Shown here: positions 24,507-33,476 of the stretch, piece after piece | Numbering within the stretch: position 1 is the first letter of the stretch | Layout: every line of letters starts with the position of its first letter | Source of the DNA: a virus | Taxonomy: Duplodnaviria; Heunggongvirae; Uroviricota; Caudoviricetes | Virus record (IMG/VR): IMGVR_UViG_3300028833_002293 | Coordinates: 1-36,534 of that record | Strand: one strand, 5' to 3' | DNA length: 36,534 nucleotides | Notes under the pieces: model-generated | Seen by the model: only the letters and a program-made list of their open reading frames with translations | What the model was told of the DNA's origin: nothing | Databases searched by the model: none | Position numbers and translations under genes: made by a program

Positions 24507-25109
24507 TTAATCCCAATTTTCTTCATCGTATTGGTCATAACCATTATAGCCATAGCAACCATATTGTGGATTACCACGATAGTTTGTGCCGCTATAAGAT
24601 GGTTTTGCCTTGTCAATAATTGACTTCTTCAGTTTGCTCTTGTATTCCTCACATATTGGCTTGATGGTCTCACCGTTATACTCAATCTTAGGGATAATTA
24701 TTTTGTGAACAATTTCACCAGTGTTCATATCCACCAAAGCTAACAGTTCCTCATTCCATTCATAACCATAGCTAGCAAGGATTTCAATAGCTTCTCTTTT
24801 CTCAAGAGGTGTGCAAAGACTCCACCAACTGTCTTCTACAAGTGTGTCGATAGTCTTTTCGCATGGTTTGTCTTTGGTTGCTACATCTAATGAGGGCGCA
24901 TAACCCCAACCAACTCCATTGTCGAGATTGCTACAATACTTGTAAGAATCGTAGTATGCCGCCAAGGAGAACTTTTTGGTATATTGGTATTCAGGAGCTA
25001 AGTCTACACCTTCAAAGATACCAAAAGTTGTTTTGTTTTCAGTAGCACCATTGTATGTGCTATACTTAATGAAATCTCCCTTATTGAATGCTTTTTTTGT
25101 CTCTTCCAT
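24507..25109 (-). CDS. hypothetical protein, 200 aa, Tyr/Gly/Asn-rich C-tail
   Basis: ORF track. Confidence 0.85.
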   Translation of the reverse strand: MEETKKAFNKGDFIKYSTYNGATENKTTFGIFEGVDLAPEYQYTKKFSLAAYYDSYKYCSNLDNGVGWGYAPSLDVATKDKPCEKTIDTLVEDSWWSLCTPLEKREAIEILASYGYEWNEELLALVDMNTGEIVHKIIIPKIEYNGETIKPICEEYKSKLKKSIIDKAKPSYSGTNYRGNPQYGCYGYNGYDQYDEENWD

Positions 25110-25725
25110 CTGTATATAAGTTGTATCTTTTAATTATTCTCAATACGTCTTGATTTACATAGGGATAAGGATTCATCCCCTTGCTTATCATACTTCTAAC
25201 TAGCGTTGAAGATGCGTCCATTCTTTGCATCTTCACATACCAAAATCCTTTTGTTGTGTAACTATTCCTACTTCCCTTATGTATACTGAACGGTCTAGTA
25301 GGAATATAAATTTCAGCACCATTACCTCTTTTAATCTCAATGAAACCAACTTTATCTTTAATCTCTGTTTCAAAGTTCTTCCAATTTGGAATAGCATCAA
25401 TAGTATCGCTTCCACAGATTAAGAAGAGTTCATCGTTGGGGTATATCTCACGAAGCTTCTCTAGAACCTTATAGGAGTACGTAGGAGGCTCTATGTCCTT
25501 TTCCAATTCGCATACTTCACACTTCCCATCAAACGCCTCTATTGAAGCATTTATCATATCACAGCGCACATCAAATGGTGCTGGATTATTCTCTTTCCAA
25601 GGGTTGTGCTGTGCAACAACGAATAATACTTTATCGCAAAGACCACTGTTCAATACGCAAGATGCTATATTGATGTGTGCGATATGAATTGGGTCAAATG
25701 AACCAAGTAGCAATCCTATTTTCAT
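25081..25725 (-). CDS. nadD: nicotinate/nicotinamide-nucleotide adenylyltransferase (NadD family)
   Basis: GSFDPIHIAH (HxGH-type), NPWK, TYSY, ICGSD...W, ASSTLVR, final YNLY. Confidence 0.9.
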   Translation of the reverse strand: MKIGLLLGSFDPIHIAHINIASCVLNSGLCDKVLFVVAQHNPWKENNPAPFDVRCDMINASIEAFDGKCEVCELEKDIEPPTYSYKVLEKLREIYPNDELFLICGSDTIDAIPNWKNFETEIKDKVGFIEIKRGNGAEIYIPTRPFSIHKGSRNSYTTKGFWYVKMQRMDASSTLVRSMISKGMNPYPYVNQDVLRIIKRYNLYTDGRDKKSIQ

Positions 25726-26002
25726 AATTATCTCCCACTAAAAGGTCATATATATCAGAACCGAATGATGCGCCAACACAAAATAGATAGTAAAGCGGCC
25801 ATGCTATTGCTCCGAAAGTAATAATTGTTTTCTTGTTATTTGTTAATTTTGCTACGAGAGCATTATCTACGATGCCCTCTTTCCAAACGGTTTCTTTCCC
25901 ATATCCTTTTATTCTAGTCTCAACATCTTTCCTAACGATTAGGCATGCTGCTACATATACCAAAATGGCTAAAAGGATAAAAATAAATGTCATTATCGTC
26001 AT
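25694..26002 (-). CDS. membrane protein, ~102 aa
   Basis: Two hydrophobic segments; track start 26011 lies inside the promoter. Confidence 0.75.
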   Translation of the reverse strand: MTIMTFIFILLAILVYVAACLIVRKDVETRIKGYGKETVWKEGIVDNALVAKLTNNKKTIITFGAIAWPLYYLFCVGASFGSDIYDLLVGDNYENRIATWFI

Positions 26003-26008
26003 TTTTTG

Positions 26009-26040
26009 CAAATATATGAAAAAAAACTTAATTATCCAAA
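26009..26040 (-). promoter_or_regulatory. sigmaA-type promoter
   Basis: TTTG-N20-TATATTTG. Confidence 0.8.
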
Positions 26041-26060
26041 TTTTTTAAGTTTTTTTAGTA

Positions 26061-26387
26061 TTAAAAGAACTTGTTAACGTCATCCACATAAACCGAATGT
26101 ATCTCTCTATCTGGTGTTATTCTATCTAATGGTTTAATAGAAGATTTTTCAACATAGGAATTGATTATGTCATCGCAATCTTTCATGGATTTATAGGGAC
26201 CAATCCAGATTGTTTCAGCCCATTCCTCATGTCTCACGTAATACTTACCATCTTTCGCTTTTCTAGATGTAAATGCACCACGTTCAATGGGTCTTCTATA
26301 CCAAGGCAACTGTTTTACCTTCTCTTCAATTGAGATAGGTTTAACTTGCCTACGATGCTTTGCAACGAAACTTGAAAGGTCACTCAT
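26061..26387 (-). CDS. hypothetical protein, 108 aa
   Basis: ATG 26387 overlaps upstream TGA. Confidence 0.8.
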   Translation of the reverse strand: MSDLSSFVAKHRRQVKPISIEEKVKQLPWYRRPIERGAFTSRKAKDGKYYVRHEEWAETIWIGPYKSMKDCDDIINSYVEKSSIKPLDRITPDREIHSVYVDDVNKFF

Positions 26388-26617
26388 AATCCTAACCAAA
26401 TTAAAAATCCACCAATACTGCAATATGGATTAATTTTATTATACAAAAGGAATAGCCATAATAAGGTTGTTATGACCATTATTATTATCCAACAAAACGG
26501 CATAAAAATTTTCAATAGTTTTAAACTGCTACAATAAAAATGTATAATACATAGCAATGTAAGCAATAAAACTGAACATATCAATCCACAAAATGCTAAA
26601 ATGCTATTTAATATCAT
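26384..26617 (-). CDS. very hydrophobic membrane protein, 77 aa
   Basis: Two to three TM-like stretches. Confidence 0.7.
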   Translation of the reverse strand: MILNSILAFCGLICSVLLLTLLCIIHFYCSSLKLLKIFMPFCWIIIMVITTLLWLFLLYNKINPYCSIGGFLIWLGL

Positions 26618-26679
26618 AAAACAGTAAAAAAATAAATGACTAGCCTTTCATTGAAAAAAAAGCTAGCCGTGAGAGTATG

Positions 26680-27012
26680 TCAATTTTCGAGTAGTTTGGC
26701 TAATTTCTCGTCATACTCTTGTAAAATAAGCGGATAATACATCGAATAGAACTCACGAATATCATCCAGTGAGTAGTCTTTCTTCATCTGTCTCAGAATA
26801 CATTTAGCTTCCAAGATGATAATCTTCTGGATATGTATCTCTGGAACCTTACCATCACACCAATCTTCAGCCATCTTATTGAAGATGCTGACATATCCCA
26901 AATACTCTGCAAAAAGGATAAACAAAGGTGCTTCTACAATTATCACCTCTTCATTTGGCTGCTTATTTGTCTTAGTAGCAACCTCAACTACTGTTTTTGT
27001 TTCTGTACTCAT
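26680..27012 (-). CDS. hypothetical protein, ~110 aa
   Basis: ATG 27012. Confidence 0.75.
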   Translation of the reverse strand: MSTETKTVVEVATKTNKQPNEEVIIVEAPLFILFAEYLGYVSIFNKMAEDWCDGKVPEIHIQKIIILEAKCILRQMKKDYSLDDIREFYSMYYPLILQEYDEKLAKLLEN

Positions 27013-27029
27013 ATTTTTATGTAATTTAT

Positions 27030-27242
27030 TCACCAACTATCTACGTCTGTGATATTCTTAACTTTTCCACAATAAGGACATACGATGTCAACACCACTAC
27101 CTATTCCAGTAGGAGTGAAGATATATTTGAAAGGTGCATACTGTTCCAATGCATGATGTGGTTTTGGTCTACACCTTTTATGCCATTGCTTAAAGTCATT
27201 GGCTCTTTTTTCTTCTACTTCATTTAATATAAACTCTGTCAT
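27030..27242 (-). CDS. small Zn-binding-like protein, 70 aa
   Basis: H-x-x-C ... FTPTGIG...CPYCG. Confidence 0.8.
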   Translation of the reverse strand: MTEFILNEVEEKRANDFKQWHKRCRPKPHHALEQYAPFKYIFTPTGIGSGVDIVCPYCGKVKNITDVDSW

Positions 27243-27382
27243 TAATAAAATAACTCTGGATATGAATAGTCAAAGCTATTCTTATTTTCTGAGTCAGTGT
27301 GCGTATTAATAGTTTCTTCATCAGCACTAAAAATTGTGGATGCTGAGATAAATGCAACGTCATTGCGATTGTTCTGTACCAT
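27242..27382 (-). CDS. small acidic protein, 46 aa (MVQNNRNDVAFISASTIFSADEETIN...)
   Basis: Hand-translated; TAATG coupling to next gene. Confidence 0.65.
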   Translation of the reverse strand: MVQNNRNDVAFISASTIFSADEETINTHTDSENKNSFDYSYPELFY

Positions 27383-27848
27383 TTTCTGTAACCTCTTCTT
27401 TTGATACCGTTATTTTAAAATTCCTTTTGCACTTATCCTTCAATGATTTATATACTGGATTGCTATACTCCCTATATCCGTAATATGAACCTTGTGGAGC
27501 ATATCTAGCATATTGCGTATCTGCACCCATATTTCCACTATAACTAGAACTGTTAGTTCTAGCTGGGTAACTTCTTCTATAGTTACCGCTTGTACGATTT
27601 ATGGTACTATGATTATCCCTAACCGCACCATAGTCTTCGTAATCAGGAAAGAACCATGATATTTCATCTGGGTCGATTCCATTTCTTCTCAAATATTCTC
27701 TATCGTTTTCATCGAAAAACGTATAGACAGCCCATATAATGATGGCAATTGGGAAGAAAATGTATATGAATGAACCCTCTGCAATCATGTGTAACAATCC
27801 TAATATAGCAGCAACCATGACTGTTGCTCTAAAGCTAGTATAAAGCAT
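27360..27848 (-). CDS. membrane-anchored protein with Tyr/Ser/Gly-rich low-complexity region, 162 aa
   Basis: Two N-terminal TM segments. Confidence 0.8.
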   Translation of the reverse strand: MLYTSFRATVMVAAILGLLHMIAEGSFIYIFFPIAIIIWAVYTFFDENDREYLRRNGIDPDEISWFFPDYEDYGAVRDNHSTINRTSGNYRRSYPARTNSSSYSGNMGADTQYARYAPQGSYYGYREYSNPVYKSLKDKCKRNFKITVSKEEVTENGTEQSQ

Positions 27849-27865
27849 GTTTTATTCTTTTTCTG

Positions 27866-27897
27866 CAAAGATACAAAAATTTTTTGTAATATTTAAA
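27866..27897 (-). promoter_or_regulatory. sigmaA-type promoter (TTTA -33 variant)
   Basis: TTTA-N20-TATCTTTG. Confidence 0.6.
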
Positions 27898-27916
27898 TTT
27901 TCTATCTTAAAAAAAG

Positions 27917-28177
27917 TTAATATTTTTTTCTTTTAACAAGGAACTTTGCAAACACACTAGTTTTCATCATTGTGCGCTCTTTCTGTTCTTTATCACCAAT
28001 TCTACGATAGGTAGCAGAATCTCCATCCTTTGTAAGTATAAAAATCTCTCTTCTCTCAAGAGTCACAAGAGGTGGAACATGGTAAACAGTATTTACTTCT
28101 ATCGACTCCCAAGGAGTAACACTCTTGAGGCTGTCAATTTTTTCCTTCAATTCAGATACTGTATGTAGTTTCGCCAT
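27917..28177 (-). CDS. hypothetical protein, 86 aa (SH3-like; homologous to C-terminus of 28182-28886)
   Basis: WESIEVNTVYHVPP...R...K...FLVKRKKY. Confidence 0.85.
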   Translation of the reverse strand: MAKLHTVSELKEKIDSLKSVTPWESIEVNTVYHVPPLVTLERREIFILTKDGDSATYRRIGDKEQKERTMMKTSVFAKFLVKRKKY

Positions 28178-28181
28178 ACCT

Positions 28182-28886
28182 TTAATATTTTAATACTTTT
28201 GTTATAAATACGACATCAATATCTCTAGGATAAACTGAGCACAATGTTTGGCTCTCCTTGCCGTATTCGTCTATTTCACTACAACGTAGCAGAGTGTCGC
28301 TTTTCATAACAACTCTTACTACCTTTCTTGCTTGAGAGAGTATCTTTGGAATAACGTAAATCTCACCCTCTACAATATCATCCCACTCTAGATGCTTTGG
28401 GAGTGCCATAAGTTTCTCCCTTCTTTCAGTATAGGTCATTGTCTTATATGTTTTAACTACTGGTTCTACTGTATCTTTTGGTGTTGATACTTGTGATGGC
28501 GCTGGTAATGCCTTATTCACGTTTTTAGTTAACATATCAGATGAAACACTCATACTTGTGATTCCTCTGTTTTTAGGACACCACTCTGGTGGTGGCAGAG
28601 GAACCATCGGTCCAGTTTTAGCTTTAATGATTCTAGGTCTTGAATAGGTATTAAACAACACCTTAAACCTACCACAGCAAGCATTAAACTGAAGTCTATC
28701 ATCGTCTATGTAATTCTTAATTAAATTGCCACAAAGGTGACAAGATGTGCAAACGTCCATATCTTTTTTATCTTTATGTTTTTCTAAAAACAAATCTTGG
28801 TCGAATATACAAGTTTCACACTCATTACAGTTTTTATCTGCACAAGGGTGATTCGGATTAATTTCAGAATTTAAAACATGTGCCAT
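28182..28886 (-). CDS. Cys-rich N-terminal plus SH3-like C-terminal protein, 234 aa
   Basis: C-x4-CxxCxxC, CxxCxxC, CC and WCP motifs; WDDIVEGEIYVIP domain. Confidence 0.85.
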   Translation of the reverse strand: MAHVLNSEINPNHPCADKNCNECETCIFDQDLFLEKHKDKKDMDVCTSCHLCGNLIKNYIDDDRLQFNACCGRFKVLFNTYSRPRIIKAKTGPMVPLPPPEWCPKNRGITSMSVSSDMLTKNVNKALPAPSQVSTPKDTVEPVVKTYKTMTYTERREKLMALPKHLEWDDIVEGEIYVIPKILSQARKVVRVVMKSDTLLRCSEIDEYGKESQTLCSVYPRDIDVVFITKVLKY

Positions 28887-28901
28887 TTTATTTTTTTTTG
28901 G

Positions 28902-29672
28902 TTAAATCCATTCATCATCATCAATGCATTCCCACTCATCAAACCCCAAGTCGTAATCTGTTGGTTGATACCACTGTGATAATGAGTCATCTGAATTAGG
29001 TCTTTCCAATCTATCAAGTGTTGGCGGCATCATTCTAATTGGTCTTCTTCTGCGACCATTTTCATCAATAACACCCCTCTCTTTCAAGAACTCTATGAAA
29101 CGTGGGTCTCCAGTCAAACCTCTTGGGTCAACCATTCCATTACACTCTAGATATTCTCTCTGAGCATCTATCATCCTTTTGACTTCCTCTGGGATGTTAT
29201 TTTCTGTTTCATCAACAAAATCGTCACCATAGATTTCTTTACAAACCATGTTAAAGGTTTCTTGACCGATACGCTCAATCTCTGAGAAATTACCAACTGT
29301 TTTTTCAACGCAAGAATGTAACAAAGTATTCAATAGTTGGGTGATACGCATTTGTACCTTACCCATATCCCCATTGTTTTCCTTTGTTATCATGTTGTCT
29401 TTACCAACCAATAGTCTTAGGATAGAAAAGATGTCTTCTTTATTAGATGCATTACAGAATGGGTTATCTCCTTGCTGTGCATCCCTTACATAAGGCTGCA
29501 TACATTCTAATATAGTATATACACTAGTGGTTAAATCGTGACTGTAAATTGATTTGCCACAAACCCCTATGAAGCATCTAAATCTGTGATATATCTTTCG
29601 GTTTTTAAGTACCCTACACAAGCACCTAAATACCATATCCATCAATACGTTGTCATCCAATTTGGTATTCAT
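28902..29672 (-). CDS. hypothetical protein, up to 256 aa, acidic C-tail
   Basis: ORF track; first ATG is only 2 nt after the -7 box, so start is uncertain. Confidence 0.8.
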   Translation of the reverse strand: MNTKLDDNVLMDMVFRCLCRVLKNRKIYHRFRCFIGVCGKSIYSHDLTTSVYTILECMQPYVRDAQQGDNPFCNASNKEDIFSILRLLVGKDNMITKENNGDMGKVQMRITQLLNTLLHSCVEKTVGNFSEIERIGQETFNMVCKEIYGDDFVDETENNIPEEVKRMIDAQREYLECNGMVDPRGLTGDPRFIEFLKERGVIDENGRRRRPIRMMPPTLDRLERPNSDDSLSQWYQPTDYDLGFDEWECIDDDEWI

Positions 29673-29674
29673 TG

Positions 29675-29705
29675 CAAATATATAAGTTTTTAGTTGAAAT
29701 TCAAA
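29675..29705 (-). promoter_or_regulatory. sigmaA-type promoter
   Basis: TTTG-N19-TATATTTG. Confidence 0.75.
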
Positions 29706-29715
29706 ATATATAAAG

Positions 29716-29892
29716 TTAATTAATCCTAAAATTCTCTAGGTTATCATAATGTCTACAATTAGGACAATATACATATGGCTGCATATTGTTCTGCGGAAGC
29801 GTGACCATAAGGCACTTCCAAGGAAGGAACTTATGACCGCACTCCCTACACTGTATGACATATTTTATTTCTGTTTTATCGAATTCTTCCAT
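29716..29892 (-). CDS. Zn-ribbon protein, 58 aa (CRECG...CPNCR)
   Basis: Hand-translated MEEFDKTEIKYVIQCRECGHKF...YCPNCRHYDNLENFRIN; TAATG coupling. Confidence 0.8.
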   Translation of the reverse strand: MEEFDKTEIKYVIQCRECGHKFLPWKCLMVTLPQNNMQPYVYCPNCRHYDNLENFRIN

Positions 29893-30572
29893 TAAATCTC
29901 GAAATATTGTGGTTCGAAGCTCATTTTGTAATCTTCATCAAGTAGAGATATATTGTATACCTCAGTCTCACCTAACATTTCCTTTTCATGGTTTGTTGAA
30001 TGTAAATGACCATGCAGATTCATCTTAGGCTGTGCCTTTTCTAAGAAGGTTTTGAGAGATTCATTTCCGATATGGCTACCATCAGCCCACCAACAATCTT
30101 TCTGTAATATTACATCGCTAACGCCATAAGGCGCATCATGTGAGAGAACAATATCAATCTTTCCTATAATGTTCAGATGTCTCTCATACCTTTCGTCTTG
30201 TTCCTCATAACTAGGCATGAAAGCCCATCTTCCAAATGGCTTACATAACGGTGTACCATAAATGACCTTTCCTTCATATTCAAATGTTTCACAATCCAAA
30301 TATGTTATCTTGTCTTGACCTTGCAGTAACAGTCTCATTCTATCTGGATGCCTTTCTAACCAATGGTCATGATTTCCAGCAACGAATAAAACCTTTTCAC
30401 AAGGTAAATTGGTACACCAAGGTATGAATACTGTTTTAAACCATTTCTCTGATGGTGTACTATAGCTTTGTATATTAAGTGGAACTATATCCCCACCAAT
30501 CAAAACTATGTCGCATGGCTCAACTTTAAAATCCAATTTCCCATGCATGTCTGAGAATGCACATATTTTCAT
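29892..30572 (-). CDS. calcineurin-like metallophosphoesterase, 226 aa
   Basis: SDMHG, GGDI, AGNHD, LSHDAP, HGHLH motifs. Confidence 0.92.
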   Translation of the reverse strand: MKICAFSDMHGKLDFKVEPCDIVLIGGDIVPLNIQSYSTPSEKWFKTVFIPWCTNLPCEKVLFVAGNHDHWLERHPDRMRLLLQGQDKITYLDCETFEYEGKVIYGTPLCKPFGRWAFMPSYEEQDERYERHLNIIGKIDIVLSHDAPYGVSDVILQKDCWWADGSHIGNESLKTFLEKAQPKMNLHGHLHSTNHEKEMLGETEVYNISLLDEDYKMSFEPQYFEI

Positions 30573-30588
30573 TTTTTAAGCTTTTTGG

Positions 30589-30620
30589 CAAAGATATATA
30601 AAATATTTTAAAATTCCAAA
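30589..30620 (-). promoter_or_regulatory. sigmaA-type promoter
   Basis: TTTG-N20-TATCTTTG. Confidence 0.8.
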
Positions 30621-31010
30621 TTATTCTCTATTTCTAATGTGTATAATATATGCTCTATTATCCTTCACGTCTATTGTTATTCTAGGAGAAACTTGTATTT
30701 CTATCAGTTCCTTGGAATAAAAGAAATTCATAATTTGAAGGATAAAATCGGCTAATATTGATATTGGATTCCAATCAATTGAATGAAATGAAACGAATCT
30801 TCTTGTCTCTCTACCCACCAAAGAATAAATAGACCTTACCTCATACTGATAGAATCTAACTTGAAAGCATCCAAGAAGATAGAATACAAACAGCACAAAA
30901 CGATAGAATGTTTCAATTTCACCATACCATATTACTCTGATACCATCAGTAAACCTAGGCATTACGAATCCTTTCTCCAATATGTTTTTATCTAAATCAT
31001 CTATAAGCAT
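30621..31010 (-). CDS. hypothetical protein, 129 aa
   Basis: ORF track. Confidence 0.7.
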   Translation of the reverse strand: MLIDDLDKNILEKGFVMPRFTDGIRVIWYGEIETFYRFVLFVFYLLGCFQVRFYQYEVRSIYSLVGRETRRFVSFHSIDWNPISILADFILQIMNFFYSKELIEIQVSPRITIDVKDNRAYIIHIRNRE

Positions 31011-31027
31011 AATACACAGTCTTTATG

Positions 31028-31058
31028 CAAATATATATAAAAAAATTCGAGAAGCAAA
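31028..31058 (-). promoter_or_regulatory. sigmaA-type promoter overlapping terminator
   Basis: TTTG-N19-TATATTTG. Confidence 0.75.
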
Positions 31059-31071
31059 ATGCCTCTCGAAT
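31045..31071 (-). terminator. intrinsic terminator
   Basis: ATTCGAGAGGC/ATTTT/GCTTCTCGAAT followed by T-run. Confidence 0.75.
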
Positions 31072-31090
31072 CTTTTAACATTTATTATAT

Positions 31091-31816
31091 TTAAGCAAAT
31101 GCCATTGCTTCAACCATCTTTTTTTCTATCTTGGAAATTCGGTTCTCGTAATCCTCTTTAAGATTCCGTAAATCTTTCAAACAAGATTCCTTGGCACTTT
31201 CCAAAGATAAACACACTGTTTTGTCACAATAAGAATCACAAGAGCCATCTTCTTTTATTCTAGCTATGGCAAACTTGTTTTCTCTTTCCTTTGTACCAAC
31301 TTCAACAACAAAAAGTTCATAACAATCTAACCCAATGTAGTTAATTGTTTCAGATGATAAGGTGTGTTCACTATAATCTTTGAAATAGATTTTATCGCCC
31401 ACCTTGAATGTGTTGAGGATTTTTTCTATCCTATCATCATCCCTGACAGTGTTGTAATACTCTATGAAGCATTTCTGTTTATCTTTGTTTGGTCTTCTGA
31501 AGGTAGTACAAGCAAAGCCACTTGAATATGTATCCATGTTGACTTCTACATTCTTGTGTGAGTCCCAGTTGTGCTCATAGTTCCAATGCTCAAAACACAT
31601 TAATGTTTTATGTGCTTCATCAGGAACTTTAATTGCAATCACTTTCTTAATGTAGTGAGAGCCACTTGTATTTGGATTAAAAGAATCTTTAAATCTTTCA
31701 TCTTTCAAAGCCCAATCTACTTCATCCTTTCCTAACTGTTCAGAAAGAATGCTAACCATTTCTTGCTCTGTCTCGTAAACTTCTACAATACCAGATTTAA
31801 AATTTAATGTTTTCAT
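31091..31816 (-). CDS. hypothetical protein, 241 aa (FKVGD SH3-like module plus coiled coil)
   Basis: ORF track. Confidence 0.85.
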   Translation of the reverse strand: MKTLNFKSGIVEVYETEQEMVSILSEQLGKDEVDWALKDERFKDSFNPNTSGSHYIKKVIAIKVPDEAHKTLMCFEHWNYEHNWDSHKNVEVNMDTYSSGFACTTFRRPNKDKQKCFIEYYNTVRDDDRIEKILNTFKVGDKIYFKDYSEHTLSSETINYIGLDCYELFVVEVGTKERENKFAIARIKEDGSCDSYCDKTVCLSLESAKESCLKDLRNLKEDYENRISKIEKKMVEAMAFA

Positions 31817-31879
31817 TTTTTGTCTTTTTAATTTGATGGTACTTTTATTTAAATTTCATATACAATAAAGCAGAACTTC

Positions 31880-32467
31880 TTAGAATGACTTAATTGTTAT
31901 ATATTTAGTATTATAAAATTTCATTGCATCTTCTATTGGAATAGTTACCTTTGTGGGAATATCTACTTCTTGCAATCGCCAACAAGCACATTTTACTGGC
32001 TCCTTGTATGTCCAATGTTTGCATTGACATTCCCTACATTTTGGTGCTGGATGCCCTACCTTGCAAATATGGTTTTCTGCAACAAAAGGCTCATCATCAT
32101 GGTATTTTTTCCAATTTTCTTCACATTCTTTTAAGCTACTTTCCTCATAATCTTCATGACCACAAGTAAAGTTAGAAAGGCGAAATAGATTACCAATTTT
32201 ATTGTCTATTTTTTTCTTGATGTTAGATAGTCTAAAAATTTTTTCCTCGTCAGAAATACCATCCATCCATCCATTACGTATGTAGGCTTCCTCTTGATAT
32301 GAATCATACCAAGATAAACATCTGTTATCGTGTGGTGCTCCAGTAAGAAAAGCATATTCCACGTAATAACCGTTTTTATCTTTTCTTAAGTAGACATACT
32401 TATCTAAAGTATTGCTTAACATAGCAGCAAACTTTATCTTCTCTATTTCTATGTTTGTAAGATTCAT
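31880..32467 (-). CDS. hypothetical protein, 195 aa, Cys-rich C-terminus
   Basis: HIC...CRECQC...CAC. Confidence 0.85.
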   Translation of the reverse strand: MNLTNIEIEKIKFAAMLSNTLDKYVYLRKDKNGYYVEYAFLTGAPHDNRCLSWYDSYQEEAYIRNGWMDGISDEEKIFRLSNIKKKIDNKIGNLFRLSNFTCGHEDYEESSLKECEENWKKYHDDEPFVAENHICKVGHPAPKCRECQCKHWTYKEPVKCACWRLQEVDIPTKVTIPIEDAMKFYNTKYITIKSF

Positions 32468-32477
32468 AACTTTAATA

Positions 32478-32609
32478 TTATTTTTTTCCTTTTCCTATAT
32501 ACAATGCTTTATTGAACCAAACTATAAATAAGCATCTATATTCTAAATCTATTCCAATAGTAGGAAAGAATACTTGCATTTGCTTTAAATTATGTAATTC
32601 GATTTTCAT
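32478..32609 (-). CDS. small hydrophobic protein, 43 aa (MKIELHNLKQMQVFFPTIGIDLEYRCLFIVWFNKALYIGKGKK)
   Basis: Hand-translated; fills gap; resembles 15679-15855 in pattern. Confidence 0.6.
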   Translation of the reverse strand: MKIELHNLKQMQVFFPTIGIDLEYRCLFIVWFNKALYIGKGKK

Positions 32610-32895
32610 TATTTTTATCTTTTATTATTTTAATTGCTTCATTTATTTTTTCAAGAGCCCAGCTTATATTCAAATTTTGTTTATGGCCTCTAAGCAAGTA
32701 TTTAGCAGTGTTTAACAGCTTAATTATTTCTTGGCTATTTTCAGTTAGTTCCCATTCATTTTCTGACTCAAATGGAAGAAGCCAATTCATTAGTTTACCT
32801 TCTATTACATAAGAAGCTTCAAGAACATCTGTTATAAGATACACCGTGCCATTATATTTGTTGCGAATGTGTTGCCCTTTTTTAAACTTTGCCAT
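32590..32895 (-). CDS. hypothetical protein, 101 aa (FKKG SH3-like N-terminus)
   Basis: ORF track. Confidence 0.8.
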   Translation of the reverse strand: MAKFKKGQHIRNKYNGTVYLITDVLEASYVIEGKLMNWLLPFESENEWELTENSQEIIKLLNTAKYLLRGHKQNLNISWALEKINEAIKIIKDKNNENRIT

Positions 32896-32901
32896 ATTAT
32901 T

Positions 32902-33234
32902 TTAACTATTTAACATTGCGATACAAAAATCCTTAACGGCTTGTTCATCATCGAAATTAGACCATTCATCTGATTCATAATAATCTATTAAGTGGTATTG
33001 AAGCCAACTACGAGCATCAGATAGCTTAATAAAAGCATCTTTATGCAATGCATTATATTCTTTTACTCTAATATCATTCTCATCTAAAAGGTCTTCTTCC
33101 ATTAAAGTAAGACAATCCCAATCTGACGGAGTAATCAATATTTTACCATCAATTTCAACCAACTCTTTTATCCTATCTATGTAGAAAGAGCCATTAATTT
33201 CAAAGAAAATTAAATCTCCAACTTTTTTATTCAT
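32902..33234 (-). CDS. hypothetical protein, 110 aa
   Basis: ORF track. Confidence 0.8.
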   Translation of the reverse strand: MNKKVGDLIFFEINGSFYIDRIKELVEIDGKILITPSDWDCLTLMEEDLLDENDIRVKEYNALHKDAFIKLSDARSWLQYHLIDYYESDEWSNFDDEQAVKDFCIAMLNS

Positions 33235-33235
33235 A

Positions 33236-33472
33236 TTATTTTAACTTTTTGCAGTCAGTAAACTTTTTTCTCTCATTCATAGGATTTGTGTTTGTAAGCT
33301 TCATAACAATATTGTCATTACGCTTCTGCGCATCCATTGGAGGAAAAACAATAGGACGATACTGCACGTCTGTATTCAATGCAGAGAAAAACTCAGATGA
33401 ATTAACCCCTACACTACCACTGTCAAGTCTAATACCATGACATAGAGGTGATAAACATAATATCTTTTTCAT
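33236..33472 (-). CDS. hypothetical protein, 78 aa
   Basis: ATG 4 nt after -7 box; stop 1 nt before next ATG. Confidence 0.65.
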   Translation of the reverse strand: MKKILCLSPLCHGIRLDSGSVGVNSSEFFSALNTDVQYRPIVFPPMDAQKRNDNIVMKLTNTNPMNERKKFTDCKKLK

Positions 33473-33476
33473 GTTG

